Shown in pieces: positions 24,315 through 39,234 of a stretch of DNA of 64,000 nucleotides. The stretch's first letter is position 1. Every line of letters starts with the position of its first letter. Source of the DNA: Microthyrium microscopicum (taxonomy: Eukaryota); the NCBI GenBank assembly GCA_010405405.1, contig MU004246.1, forward strand, positions 124,001 through 188,000, read 5' to 3'. A model generated the notes under the pieces. It worked only from the letters and a program-made list of their open reading frames with translations, was not told the origin of the DNA and did not search any database. The position numbers and the translations under genes are program-made.

Positions 24315-27300
24315 GGGTAGATTAGTCAGTCCTATTAGGGGGTATCAAATAGGAATAAAGGATTATATATAAATTTTGCCTCTATGGCTTTTTAAACCCT
24401 AATTTAGTAATATCTTAGCCGTTAACTGTCCAAAAATTATTCAAAAATTATTAAATTTAAGCCCTAAGATAGCTAAAATACTTGCGATGGATGCTAAATA
24501 ACAAATTGCTACTAAAGCAGCTGTAGTAGCGTTGTAATTCTTCTAATTCCTTAATAATATTAATTAGGATTGCATTAATTAAGAATATTAGCTACTTATT
24601 AGCTATAGACACTAAGAATAGAATCTTAATCTTCTCTCTAATAGTAATATAGTATTATAATATTAATATAGTTATTTAAAGCTGTGAAGAAGAATATCTA
24701 TAGTACTAATTAGTATATAATAGGTTTTTAAAGGAGGAAATTAAATAATTAGCTTATCTAATAGATCTCTAGAGCCTTTCCTTAAAGAAGCGTTATAATC
24801 TACTATATAAAGCTAAATTCCTAATAGCGTTAGTACTAATGAGGCTATCTTGACTATATATTTATTTTAACCTCTTCTATTAGTTTTGTAAGAGTCCTAT
24901 ACTATTAAAAGATTACTTTAATTAAATATTAATATATCTTTATTGTTGCTACCGTAAGCTTTTAAAATTCTACCCTCTTTTAACGCTAAATTAAATGTAG
25001 GAATATGTAAATATTGTAAGGGACGCTAGTAATAGAGATTACTTTTAAGGCTTTATTGACGCTACTATAGTAAATATCTATTAACTAGAAGGTAGAGAGG
25101 ATTAATAATAAGTATTTTATAGTAATTATGCTTAAAGATACTATATAAAGAGCTAGGCTGTATGCTATCCTAATGGTATAATTCTCTCTATTAACGTTAG
25201 TTATCCTAGGGTAATTAATAATAAAATAATGCTTTTAGAATTAAATCTTGAAGATAAACTCTATTAGCTATTTCTTTACTACTAAAAATAATAGTTATAT
25301 AGAGATACTATATACTAGGGTAGTAATGTTATAATAGTCTCGTTTAATAGCCTACTAAATATTATTAAGTAGCAGTTTAATTAAATTATAGTAAAGAAGC
25401 GTATATCTATTAAGTAATCTTTTATATAAGTAAAAGGATTATAGCGTAGAGGAATATCTAATTTTAGGCTAAGCCTATACATTAGTTTAATACCTATTAC
25501 TTATTATTTAGGTATATTATTCTTATTAACTAACTATCTTACCTATTACTATACGAATTTAGTAAATTTATATTTTAGGATATTACTAATATTAATTAAG
25601 GATTATCTAAATCCTAATAGTTTATTTAATAGTTTTATTTATAAAGTTATTAAAGATTAGAAGGAATATTATATATTAAAAAAGTAATAAAGAAGAGATA
25701 TAGTTAGGTACCTATAAGATATTAAGGGGTAAAGACATTAAAGATTTAGGGTTAGTATTTTATTTAACCCTTAAAGCTTTTAAAAGATATTATAAAGGGC
25801 TATAAATAGAATATATTTATAATAACTACTAAAATTTATAAAGAATATTAGAATTATATCTATTTAGGCCTATTTATAAGATTGTAACTAAGTTTCCTTG
25901 CTATCTCTAAATATTACTCTAAAAGCTAAGTAGTCTATTCTTTTAATCTAAAGACCTATGCTTTAATACCTCTTAAATTCTATAATATCTCTTTACTTTA
26001 CTATAATTCTAGCGTACCTTTACTATTATTAATAATTATATTTATAAGGTTTTATACTTATATAAGATAATAAGCTTCTTTACCTCTCTTATTAGTATCT
26101 TTAAAATACTTCTTTATCGTAAGAGCTACCTTATTAATATAAGATAGCGTTTTTTAACGCTTTACTTGTCCTACTATAAGATTTTGAGCCCTTCTATTCC
26201 TCCTTAAGCTAGGACTTACTAGAAGCTTAGGCGTTAGTATTTAAGTATATATACGTTATAATAGTAGAGGACCTAAACTAGTAGTATTAAAGTTAAGGAA
26301 TTCTTTTAATAAAAGTTAAACTAGCAGTGCTAATAGTAATTTAAGAATAGGTAAAGTAGATATATTATCTATAAGTAGTAGTAAAGTCTTATCTTCTTTA
26401 ATAATTAGCTCCTAACGCTTACTAAATATTATTATAATAATATTATACCATTAAACCTATTCTTACTTACGCGTATTAACTAGTTCCTAAACGTTAATTC
26501 TATTTAGTATCCTTAAATTATACTAGTCTTTAATAATAATCTATATATTTAGAGCTTCTTAACATAGATTAGAACTAAGAACTATTCCTAAATAGCATTC
26601 ATTCTTCTCTTTACGCTACTATACTACTATATCTTTTAGAGTACTCTTTATTATTTAATTAATAGGTACTTTATTATTAGATATACTCTTAAAATCCTAA
26701 ATAACGCTCCTCTAAAATATACCTTTTTAACTACTTAAGGTATTACTAGTACTACTACTATATAATTCCCTATTATAGATATAGATTCTAACTAATTTAG
26801 TTAGATTATCTTAGCCCTAGTTAAGAAACTAGCGACTAAAAGAGGTCCCTATAGGTATTATAGCCTACTAGCAACTAGAGACTAGTATAGGCGTATTTTA
26901 TATAGTAGGGTCCTAAAGGGTATAGAAGAGAAAGGAAGAAGTTAGGTTTGCTTTAAACAAGCTAAGCATACTCTTAATTAAGATTCTAGGTATTAAAGTA
27001 AATTATTAAGATATTTTAGCTTTAAAGAAGATGTTAAGCTTTAGAATATAAAGATATAAGTTATAGAATATAAAGATATTGGATCTAATAGTTTCTACTA
27101 CTAAATTACTACTATAGGATTATATTTCTTTATTAGCGCGTATTCTATAACCTATAGCTCTCTTAAGAGTCTTAGCTATTCTTAGGTTTATTTGTAGCTT
27201 TAAGAATGTGCTTAAAATTAATTAGTTTCCTACTTAAAATTAATTAGTTTTTTATACATTTTATTAACCTTAAGGCTAAGATCTAACGTCTATATAAACT

Positions 27301-27445
27301 CTATATAAATACTATTCTAGTAAAGTATTATTAAGAATTAGAGCTAAATTCTATTATATAGCGCTAATAGATTCTATTAGCGCTATATAACTACTACCAA
27401 TTCTTAAATAGAACCTTTCCTAATTGAGCGACGGATTAGGGGCCT
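24315..27445 (+). mobile_element. Second RIP-inactivated PIF/Harbinger-group transposon (ends approximate)
   Basis: Plus-strand relic at ~24490-25650 reads RFLKEEIK*LA..LMRLS*..FIDATIVNIY*LEGRED***VFYSNYA*RYYIKS*AVCYPNGII..LYRDTIY..KRISIK*SF, matching DDE_Tnp_4. A probable convergent second ORF relic lies on the minus strand. No clean TIR pair was found. Confidence 0.78.
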
Positions 27446-28171
27446 ATTATTATAGATCCGGTTTGCCAACCCTCCAGACTGCAGGGCAGAAAGCGAACAG
27501 TTCCGATCTGTTCACTTACCGTTCTCCCGAGTGCTTTGCTGACTACAGCGATGGGATCAGCCAGAGCGGATTGCCTTGTTTCCGGGCAGAAGCACGCCAA
27601 TGTAGACTGGATGCTCCTAATCGCGTTAATGGGAGAGGGGTCGACTCGAGGGGCTGTACGACCATCGTCATGGCGAGCGCGAGAATCTAGGACACTTTTG
27701 TACGACTCTTTCCCATTAACTCATTCGTCTTTATCTACTTTACTAACTTCATAGTCAAGTTAGGTTGGTAGTATGCTAGGGCATAGGTTAGGTTAGATTA
27801 GGTATAGGTTTCTCTAAATATTTTTATAACCTACGTAGGTTAGGTTTTAGAAATATTATAACCTAACCTAAATAGATTAGGTTTTTATAAATCTAGCCTA
27901 TAGGTTATATTTATTAATAAATAACCTAAATAAAAAATTAATACTATATAATTTAGGTTAACCTAAAAAGTTTAGTATAGTATTTAATAATTATATCTTA
28001 CTATTACTTTTTTAGTAAGTTATAAAAGTATTAATTAGAATTTAGAATTAGTTTATTAATTTTATTAATTATAAATAATTATATAACTATAATTCTTTTT
28101 CTATTTCTTAAAGTTTATTAATTCTAATTACCTTTCTATAATAAAGTTATTAATTAATTTTAAATACTTAT

Positions 28172-28373
28172 TATTACGAATCTACTACTATTAATCCTAT
28201 TATAACATTATTAGCATCCCTTATTACGTAATACTAAGGGCTTAGCGCCTAAGGATTATCTAGTATAGCTTATTTATAACTATTTCCTATCCTCTTTCTT
28301 AGATTCTTTATATTAGTTTTCTTAAATTATATCTACTATTAGCTTATACCCTTGCGCTTATAGGTCTTTAATA
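28172..28373 (+). repeat. 5' LTR
   Basis: Direct repeat of 35396-35597. TA...TA ends are RIP-mutated TG...CA. Confidence 0.93.
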
Positions 28374-31300
28374 TAAAACTAATACTTTATACTATTTAAA
28401 AAATAATTTTAATTTTTAGTATATTAAAATCTAAAGATTTAATACGTCTACTTATATAAATATAGAATCCTATTTTTAGATCCTAATAAATCTAATTTAC
28501 TAGCGTAGTAAATATGTAAATTCTTAATCCTTAATCTTATTAAAAGCTTAGACTTCTAGCGTCTAATTAAAGGGCTTAAAGGACCCTAGTTAATTTAGAA
28601 CTTTTACTTTACTAGACTTATAAGTTAATAATCTTTCTTTACTACTACTACTTCTCTCTATTACTATACCTATAGTAAGACTTTACTTATTTTACTATAC
28701 TATAATAAGCCTTAAAAATAAACTATAATAAATTAGACCTTCTACTTCTTTTCTTAAATTATCTATTATATCTTTATAACTTATTTATACTTTATCTTAA
28801 GACTTCTTAGCGCCTATGCCTATTACTTATATTTACTTTATATTAAACCTTTATCTTACTATAAAAGATACTAATAAGACTTATTAGACTTATTCTATAT
28901 CTTATCTTTATAAGTAATAGTAATTAAGGATTTAGAATATTACTTAGTTTATAATTATACTACCTTATACTTAGATTAAGATTAATAGTAATAAAGATAA
29001 CGCTATAATAAAACTACCTTATAGCTAAGCTTTATGCTATAATTTTTTATACTTCTATTATAGCTTTATAGCTAAGGTACTTTTACTATCTAATATCCTA
29101 AAAATTACTAAGAGTAGCTATATTTATAGCTAATTATAATTTTAAAATAAAAGTAAAGAGAAGGTATCCTCTACTAATCCTCTAATTACTACTCTTTAAC
29201 TAATAGACTAAGCTTAGATTAAAGAGTTACTATTAAACTACTAAATACTCTCTTACTTTATTACCTACTAATTAATTACTCTAGATAAGAAGAATTAAGT
29301 ACTCTTAATATAACTTCTTTATAAAGAAGTTACCTTCTAAGCCTAGAAAACTATTTCTCTAAATAGTACTATTAAAAGCGTCCTTCTAGACTCTATACTT
29401 ATACGTTATACTTAAAGTAACTTATATTTAGAAATTATTAAGACTTATAAAGGATTTCTTTGTAGTATTATTATATTACTAAAACTTTAGTTTAAATAGC
29501 TACATAGTTATATTAAATTAGTCTAAGTAGCTAATCTCTATACTTAAGAAACCTATACCTAACTAAATAATATAATAAATGCTTACTAATACTATAAGTA
29601 AGATATTAAAGATATAACTAATAAACTTAATAACGCTATAGTTATAACTAATAAAATATATATAAAAGTAAACTAACTTTATAAATAACTTAACTATATA
29701 ATTAAAGCTAACTATAAAGATAATAAACGTATTCTCTACCTAAAGAATATCTATAATATAAATTAATAAAAACTTAATAAAGTACTTAATAATATTAAAT
29801 AACTATATACTTCCTATACTAAGAAGCGTAATAAGATTATAGCCCTTTATCTCTAGAATAAAGATTTTAAGGACTAGCTTAGTTAGTTTATATATAAGTC
29901 TAAAAAGAATATCTACTAACTTAACTCTAATAATAAGTAAGTAATACCTCCTCCTTATTAACAAGTTTCTTATATTTAAATTAATAGCCTAACCCTAGTA
30001 GTATTTAGATCCTTAGCTAGTAGTAAAAGCAAAAAACGTAAATAGAGTAATTTAAGTAAATACTCTAGTTATAACCCTAAATAATACTCTACGTAGAAAC
30101 TCTACGTTAAGGACTATCTCTATAATAAGTAAGCCTTTTTTTCTACAAAACTAGACGTTACTATTTAAGTATATAGTAAGACTCTTAATATTATCCTTAG
30201 GTTTATTAAAGACTATGCTTAATATAAATTACTAAACTTATACTCTAATATAATAAAGTTCTAAGAAGACCTAGATTAATATACCTAGAAACGTAATACT
30301 TATAAAGATATTATTACCTAGTTATAAAATTCCTTAAACTAAATAAAGAAGATTAAGAAGCTTGCTCTATATATTACTAAGTTTAATAGTAAAATTACTA
30401 ACGCTAGCCTTATAAAAGTAGATAAGGTTATTTATCTTAAATATATAATTATTAAAGAAATTATATAGTACTTATTCCTTTCTAAAACTACTACTATTAC
30501 TAAATATATTAATAAGTTATAAGTTATAGACTAAAACCTTAAACGTAAAACTAATAATAATGATAAGCTATTTAGTAGTTAGAATAATAATAATAGTAAC
30601 TAAGCTAATAACTAAATTAACTATATACTACGCTATAAAGTTACTCTATACTAATATCTAATATAAGACTATTACTATACTTAATATAGTAAATAAGGTT
30701 ATAACTATAAAGATAAAAACTTAAAGTATAAGAATAAGCTAGCTTTCTCTAATTCTAATATCTTTATTAAGCTTACTAGTATTTATTTATAGTAAGATAA
30801 TACCTAACTATAAAACCTTACTCTATAATATAATTACTTATTAATATATAATAATTACTACTACTAAGACTAGGGAAACTAGATACTTCTTTATAATGCT
30901 ATGTAGAGAAGCTAAATAAAATAGAAGTATATAATAAACAATAAAAATGTTAGATAGAGGCTATTATTAGTTACTTAAGTAACTCTAAAACTAAAAGCAA
31001 CCTAGTAAGCATAGCTATTATGTATATATTAGTAGCTTATATCCCTATTAACTAATTACTAAAATACTCTATTCTAAAGATAAGCTAATAGTAGAGCATT
31101 ATTAGTAATATCCTTATTAATAATAATACGTATGCTAAAACTAAAGTTCTAATTAATATAGGTAATAGTACTTTTAGCATTATTAATCTTTATTACCTCT
31201 AAATCTATAGTATTTTATTAGTAGAGATAACCTAACTCTATTGTGCTAAGATAGCTAATAGCTATACTATAGTAAAGATAACCTATATAGTAGCTATTAT

Positions 31301-34300
31301 ATTACGTATTAGCATCTATCTTAAGTAGATCCTTTGCTTTATAATAAAAGTTACTAACTATAATATAATCCTTAGTAACCCTTAAGTTAATAAATATAAA
31401 GTTATACTCTAGAGAGGCTAATATATATTAGGCTTCTACTTAGAGCATTATATAAAATACTACATAGCCTCCTACTATCTAATTACTATTAACTATAAAG
31501 GTTAAGTAGTTATAGATAAACGATAAGAAAAAACTCTTAATATCTATATAATATTACTATAAGTCTTTATAGCTATAATATAGTATAAGGAATATAAATT
31601 TACTATATTCTACTAAGAAGACTTTAACGCTTTAGAAGAGGAAGAAGACCCTAACCTTATTCTTTAGTAGAACGTTGCTAGTATTATTATAATCTTTACT
31701 AAAGACTATACTAAATAGCGTAAGAAGCTTAACTATAACTTATTAACGCAAGAGGAGTTACTAAAGTTAATATTACTAGAATTCTACTACTATGTCCCTT
31801 TATTTAACCCTTACTAAGCTAATAAACTACTACTATACTAACTAGGTTTTAACTATACTATTACTATTAACCTAAATATAAAAGTATTTATATATAAATT
31901 CTATAGTATATCTTACTAATAGGTATAGGTTATTAAGAAATATATTAAGAATATACTTAAAAAAGGCTTTATCTAACTAAGTACCTCCTATTATACTATA
32001 CCTATATTATGCGTTAGTAAACTAGGTAGTAGTATTTATGTCTACGTTAACTACTATAGACTTAATAAGATTATACTAACTAACTAAAATGTACTTCTAT
32101 TCTTAATAGAAATATTAATAAAGATCTATAAAGTAAAATTCTTTTTATAATTTAATATTATTACTACTTTTAATAATATTTAAATTTATAAAGGAGATAA
32201 GCATAAGACTATATTCTTAATATACTATAGACTCTTTAAAACCTTAGTAATACTATTTAGTATAATAGAATTACTAGGAAGTTTTTAATCTTATATTAAT
32301 AGCGCTATATATAAATACCTTAATAACTTTATTATAGTTTACTTTAATAATGTCCTTATTTAGAGTAAGACTAAAGAAAAGTATATTACCTATATTTACT
32401 TAATCCTTAATAAGCTTAAAAAAGCTAAACTCTACCTTAATATTTCTAAATCTAAGTTTATAATCTAATTAGTTAAATATCTTAGTATTATTATTATACT
32501 TAATAGAATCTAAATAGATAAGAAGAAGGTTAATACTATACTTAACTAGTACTACTCTACTTTCTTTAAAAACGTTTAGATATTCCTTAGCTTTATAAAT
32601 TTCTATTGTTATTTTATTAAAGAATACTTAAAAATTATTATATTACTTACTATACTAACTAAAAAGGATACTTCCTTATACTTTCCTTAAAGTAAGACTA
32701 AACCTAAGAAATAAGTATTTAACGCTTTAAAGAAGGCTTTTACTACTACTCTAATCCTTTATTACTTTAACTCTAACGCTAAGACTTAGGTTAAGACTAA
32801 CGCTTTAGATTAGGTAGTAGTAGCTATTCTTTTATAAAAAGATATAGATAATAAGCTTTGCTTAATAGCTTTTCTTTCTAAAAAGATAACTTTAGTAGAA
32901 TATAATTATAATATTTATAATAAAGAGCTCTTTATAATTATATAGGTATTTAAGGAATAAAAACCTAAATTATTTTTAACCTTTAATCCTATATAAGTTT
33001 TTACTAACTATTTTAACTTATATACTTTTATATTAACTAAAAAGCTATCTTGCTATTAAGCTTAATAAGTAAAGTTCTTCTCTTAATTCTAGTTTAAGAT
33101 TAAATATTATAATAGTTCCTTTAATATAAAAGTAAATATACTAACTTAGAGATTATAGGATCTTTTAAAATCTAATAATAATCTATAGATTACTTAATAA
33201 ATATAACTAATCCTTTCTTCTTATAACTTTAATACTTACTATAAGATATCTTACTCTTATAATACCTAATATGCTATTAAGATTACTATTCTCCTTATTA
33301 ATAGTAAATAACCTATAATAATTAAACTTACTATAATTATTACTAATAAAGTTAATGCGCTAACTATAAAAGGTAAGCTAATTAATTAACTAACTATAGG
33401 GGGTTCTATCCTAATCTTAGGTAAGCTAATTAATTACTTTAGGATAGATAGCGTGCTAACTAATCTAGAGATATTATAGAAAGATATTATTAAGGCTAGC
33501 TAATTAAATAAGCTTATTTAAGTAATCTATAATTTTAAGGTAGTATAATCGTATTGTTTACTATATAATACTCTAGAGAAAGATTTAATTAAACTTAGAG
33601 ATTACTAAGTACTTACTAATAGTATTATTTAATATAGATAATAACTCCTTATCCTCCTTATAAGACGTTTTTAATATTATATTATTATATATACGTATAA
33701 TTATAAGGTTATAGATTATAGTAGTATAGCTTCTATATATTAGCACCTTTACTAATTTTACTTTTAGCTCTATATAGCTAAGAATGTAAAGCACTATATT
33801 AAAGTATATAAGTATATATTCTCTAAACTAGTTAAATAAAAGAAGTAAAGTCTCCTCTACTTATTTCTACTACCTAACTATACTTAGTTTAATATTTTTA
33901 TTAACTTTATAGTTACCTTACTACTCTATATTTACCTTAAGACTATTTATTACTATATTATAGTTATTATAGATAGGCTAATACGTACTTAATAGTTTAT
34001 TTCTCTCCTTAACCTAAGTATATAGATAATAGTCCTTACGTTCCTTAACTAAATATAGAAATATATAGGATAGCTTAACTCTATCCTCTTTAATTATAGT
34101 TTATAATTTATATTTATATTTTAGCAATATCTTTATAAGCATATTAGTATTATTATCTACCTAACTACTACTTAGTACCTATAAAATAATAGTATTATAA
34201 AAATATTAGTTATAGTACTAAAAGCTTACCTTAGATGCTTTATTAACTAGTAATAAAATAACTAAGTAGGACTACTATTATTCGCTAAATTTAAAGCTAA

Positions 34301-35395
34301 CTATACTATCTATACCTCTACTAAGATAAGTCCTTTCTACGTACTTAATAGTTATCTTCCCTAATTAGGATTAGAATTAATGCCTTTAAAAGCCCTCTTA
34401 GGAACTAAGCTAACCTAAACTAAATAATAGCTTACTAACTAGTATCTCTATACCTATACTAACCTCTAAGAATATTTTTACGAATAGATCTTATAGTCTA
34501 CTACCCTTATAGAAGAGTAAGCTAATAAGACTTATTAACTAGTACTAGACTTTAAACTAAGTAATTAAGTATAACTTAACGCCTATTATTATAAATCTCT
34601 CTAACTATTAAAGTCCCTTAATAATAAATCTACTAGATCTTTTAAAATTATTAAAAAGATTAATACCCTTACCTATAAGCTAGAATTACTAGAGAAGATA
34701 AAAATTTACCTAGTCTTCTATACTTAGCTACTCTACCTTATCCCTAAATATATTACGATACTCTAAGAACCTAATAACTCTTCCTTAATTATGAACGTAG
34801 ATAATAATATAGAATAAGAGTAAGTAGTTAATTATATTATTAATAGTAAGATAGGCATTATAAAGGGCTTTAGCAAAAAGAAAATTCTATAGTATAAAGT
34901 TTAGTTTATAGAATAGGACGACTAGAACTATAACTCTAACTAGTAACTATAGTTAGATCTTAACTCTTACTTAGAGCTAGTTACTAAATATTATAACTAG
35001 AATCCTAATAAACCTAGACTATATCCTATATTTATAGACCCTTAGTAGAAGAAGAAGAAGGAATATAATTTAGATAAAATTCCTCTAGAATAGTAAAAGG
35101 ATACTACTATATATACTTTAATACTTAGTTTATAAACTAGAGTATTCTAAAGATATCTTAAGGTTTGTTAATACTTCTTAATAGTTACTTTAGTAGGCTA
35201 GAAGGTAGTATAAGGAATAGGTATATATAGTAGTTATATATAAAGGAAGGTTATTATCTTTACTTTTATTACTTTTATATTTTATATTTTATATCCTAAA
35301 AAGTGTTAGAATTATAGGACTATATAACTTAATTATAGATTTTGTCCTTTTATAAGTTTTTAGCTTAGGAGTACTAATCTTAGAGGAAGGAGTAT

Positions 35396-35597
35396 TATTA
35401 TAGATCTACTATTATTAATCCTATTATAACATTATTAGTATCCCCTATTATGTAATACTAAGGGCTTAGCGCCTAAGGATTATCTAGTATAGCTTACTTA
35501 TAACTATTTCCTACCCTCTCTCTTAGATTCTTTGTATTAGTTTTCTTAAATTATATCTACTGTTAGCTTGTACCCTTGCGCCCGTAGGTCCCTAATA
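35396..35597 (+). repeat. 3' LTR
   Basis: Direct repeat of 28172-28373. The differences inspected are all transitions. Confidence 0.93.
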
Positions 35598-36139
35598 CTT
35601 ATTTAATAGTCTATAACTTAACTAATATATAAAGCTTTTACTAAGTTTATATTCTTTTACTAAATTATTACTTTCTTTATATAAATTATATAAAGGTTAG
35701 TATTTATAAAAATTAATAACTTATAATCTAGAAAATAAAGATATAACTTACTTTTAAAGTATATAATAAGATAAGCCTTTACTAATTTTTTTAAATATTA
35801 AATTATACTACTTTACTAATACGTATCTAGATTTATTAAACTACTACTATTATTAAAAGTTCTTTAGAACGTAATATAAATCTTATAAACTAATTTTATA
35901 AATAGTATTTTAGAAATTAAAAGATTATAAGCTTTCTAAATTTAATAAATTTTATATAAAGCCTTTACTAGTATTATAGTTAATATTTATAAAAAAAATA
36001 GAGTATATAAAACTTATTACTAGATTTAGTATATTAAGGTATATAATAATAAGTATTCTACTAGTTATAATAATTTCTTTAAGTTAAAGCTCTTTTATAA
36101 TAGTTTTTATAAGTTATAGCTAGGTTTTATTAGTACTAA

Positions 36140-36380
36140 GAAGTTTATTATTAATATAAAGTAGTTTATTAAAGTTACTATTAATATATAAAAGTTTATA
36201 AAGATTATAGCTAAGTTAGAGTAATTTATAAAAGTAGTATAAAAAAGTTTAAAGGCTATAAAAGTTACTACTAGGTTAAAGTAGTTTATAAAAAATATAT
36301 AAAGAGATTTAAAAGTTATAAAAATTACTACTAAGCTAAAATAGTTTATAAAAGTTATATAAAAAGATTTAAAGTATTAT
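36140..36380 (+). repeat. 60-bp tandem repeat (~4 units) within the hAT
   Basis: RTARTTTAT recurs at 36161, 36221, 36281 and 36341. The plus frame reads K*FIKVV*KSLKAIKVTTRL repeatedly. Confidence 0.8.
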
Positions 36381-39234
36381 AAAGTTTATTAGAGTCTAAA
36401 AAAGTATAGAAAGAAGAAAATTAAGGTTATTTAAATATATTATAATAATAATAAAGCTCTTTAAAGTAGTAAAGGTTTAGATAGTAAGAGTAAGAAAGAC
36501 TTAAAAATCTTAAAAAAGTAAAAGAAATTAAAGAAGAAGAAATAGATAAATCTTTTAAAGATATAAAAAGTAAGCTTATTACTTATTAAAAACTATTTCT
36601 TAATATTCTTCTATAGAAAGAAAATATTTAAAGTATTAAATTAATATAATTTAAAACTTTAAAAGCTTAACTAATTAAAAAGAGTAAAGTAATAAAGAAG
36701 AATAAATAATAATAAAGCTAACTTAAAATAATAAAAATATTATAATCTAGTACTAGAATTAATATATTTTAAGGAGTATTACTTAGGAGACTATATATAT
36801 ATACTACTTTATATTACTTATATACTTTAATTTCTTCTATATACTTTTTTTTAATTAGTAATAATAATTCCTATACTTTTCTTATTAGTCTTAGTTTTAG
36901 TTTCTTAGTCTAATTAATATTTATTTAACTTTCTAAAACTTTATTTTCTTAGTATAGGTATTAAAAAGCTTATAAATTAATTATCTTAAAATTCTTATAT
37001 AATTAAGAATTATACTTATTATACTAATCTTAATAGCTATATTATAAAATATAATTACTTTAAAAAGAATAATAATACTTATATTAATTATAAAAATAAT
37101 AAAAAGCATAAGACTATAAAATACTAAGAAGTTTCTAAAAATTAATATATTACTATTCTTACTACTTATATAAGACTTTTTAAATAAGAGTAGTATATAC
37201 TTTTTTATTATTAGATTTTCTTTATTAATTTTTCTTAGTATTAATACTAATAAATTTATAAAATTACTTAGCTAGAAACTTAAGTATATTACTTATTAAA
37301 TTAGACTATATTTTATTATTATTATTTTATTAGCTTATTATTAAGAATTAATAAAAATAAAACGTAAGAAGTCTAAGTAGTATAATATATATATTAATAT
37401 TAATAAAGATATTACTTATAATTATAATATTATTACTAGCTATATTATTTCTAAGGAAGCTTCTTAAATTACTTTTAATTTAAAATTTTATTAACTCTTT
37501 TATAAGTATAATTATTAAAAGTATAATTTATAAATTTTATTCTTCTTTTAAGTTAACTTTATCTATAAATAATAAGAAGCTATTTATAATATTTTTCTTA
37601 TTAATTACGCTATTAAAGATTTAGCTAATAAAGAAACTAGCCTTATTAAGAACTATTACTATCTTTAGATTTTTATTCTTATAAAAACTCTTAATATAAG
37701 TTTTTTATATTTAGTATATATAAATTTAACTAATACTATATAAGAAATACTTTCTAGACTTTATTAAATTATATACTATAAAAAATTAGAAAAAAGAATA
37801 AGAATTAGTAGACTTTAATTATAAATATTAGTTATTAACTTATACTTAGAAGAAACTTCTAAAATTATTTTATAAAGTAATTATAAGATATAATAAAGCT
37901 AATATTAAAATTAATACTAATAAATTTCTAAACTTATTATAAATATAGTAATTATTTTCTTAGTATTAGTCTTATTTTTATTAAGATAAAGTAAAAAATA
38001 ATTATAAATTTAATAACTTAGTACTTTAACTTTTAAAAAAAGATACTATTTAATAAAATAATTTAAGAAATAAAGAATTAAGAAGTTTAGAAGACTAATA
38101 GTTTATTTACTTTAAAGCTTTAGAAAAAGGCTTAAAAGTTAGTATAAAAGATATTAGTAAAGTTTAAGAAGTTAGTAGTAAAGATTTACTTATATTTAGC
38201 TTTAAGTATAAGATTTTTTCTAGTTTCTTTAATAGATATAAGTTAATTTATTATAACTAATACTTAATTTAAATAGGATAAGAATACTTATTAATTAATA
38301 TTAGCTTTAGTTAAAGTTCTAAGAAATAATATTTTCTTAATAAAGTATAATTAAATATTAATTAAAAAATAAGATTATAAATATAATACTATTTAAAGTA
38401 TTAAAATACTAAAATAGAACTATTTATTCTAACTTATATAAATCTAACTTACTATTTTTAACTTTATAATTCTAATATAATAAATAGTTAAGCTCTAATA
38501 TAAATAATTATATTTTCTAATTATTTATTATTAACTTTAATTAAAGATACTAGTTCTATTTTAAAAGTTAAGATTTTTAATTTATAAGTTATATTATAGA
38601 TTTATACTACTTTTATTAGCTATAAGTTTTTAACTTATTACTATAAGTTTTTTTTATATAGTTAAACTAATAAGATAAAAATATAATAATTTTTTTTATA
38701 ACTTCTTAAGCTATTTTTTTACCTTATAGACTTTTCTTTTATATCTTAAATATTTATTTATTAAGAAATTACTCTAAGAACGTATTAATATAAATAGCTT
38801 AGTCTAAATTTAAGCTCTTAGTTATTTAAGAAAAAGAGTATATATAAATAGTATTAATAATAAGTAATAATTAAGCTTAAGAAAAATTATTTTATAAATA
38901 TAATAAAACTTTTATTATAACTTAAATATAATATTAATAATAAGCTAGTATTAGTAAAGTTAATTTAATAACTTAAAAAACTTTTAATATAATATAAATA
39001 AATATTTCTTTAAAATATAAAATATTAGTAATTTATTAATTATATATTTTTTTCTTTATTATTAATATTATTATTTATAAAGGATATTAGTAAAAAAAAT
39101 AACTTAAATAATAATACTTATTTAATAATACTAGAGATATATAAAGAATAAGAATAAAAAATTATAAAATAGATAATAAAAGTTTTATAGCTTATTTTTA
39201 TTAGTAAAGAAAAAGTAAATAAGAAGAAGATAAG

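Larger units (their letters stand above)
28172..35597 (+). mobile_element. Full-length RIP-inactivated Ty3/Gypsy (chromovirus) LTR retrotransposon
   Basis: 202-bp LTRs, 5-bp TSD CTTAT (28167-28171, 35598-35602), and polypurine tract AGAGGAAGGAG before the 3' LTR. Relic motifs in Gypsy order: RT VSKLGSSIYVYVNYYRLN and VYFNNVLI (YLDD); RNaseH VKTNALD*VV and NYNIYNKEL; integrase INFIV.L; chromodomain-like E*VVNYIINSK...L*YKV near 34820-34910. Confidence 0.93.

Noticed and set aside
27780..27970. TAGGTT/AACCTA arrays resembling telomere repeats (also 44940-45090)
   Set aside because: They are not TTAGGG runs. They occur in both orientations just inside both TIRs, so they are RIP-mutated hAT subterminal repeats.
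33585..33794. ORF-track ORFs inside AT blocks (also 61770-61958)
   Set aside because: Chance I/Y/L/N-rich frames generated by RIP.
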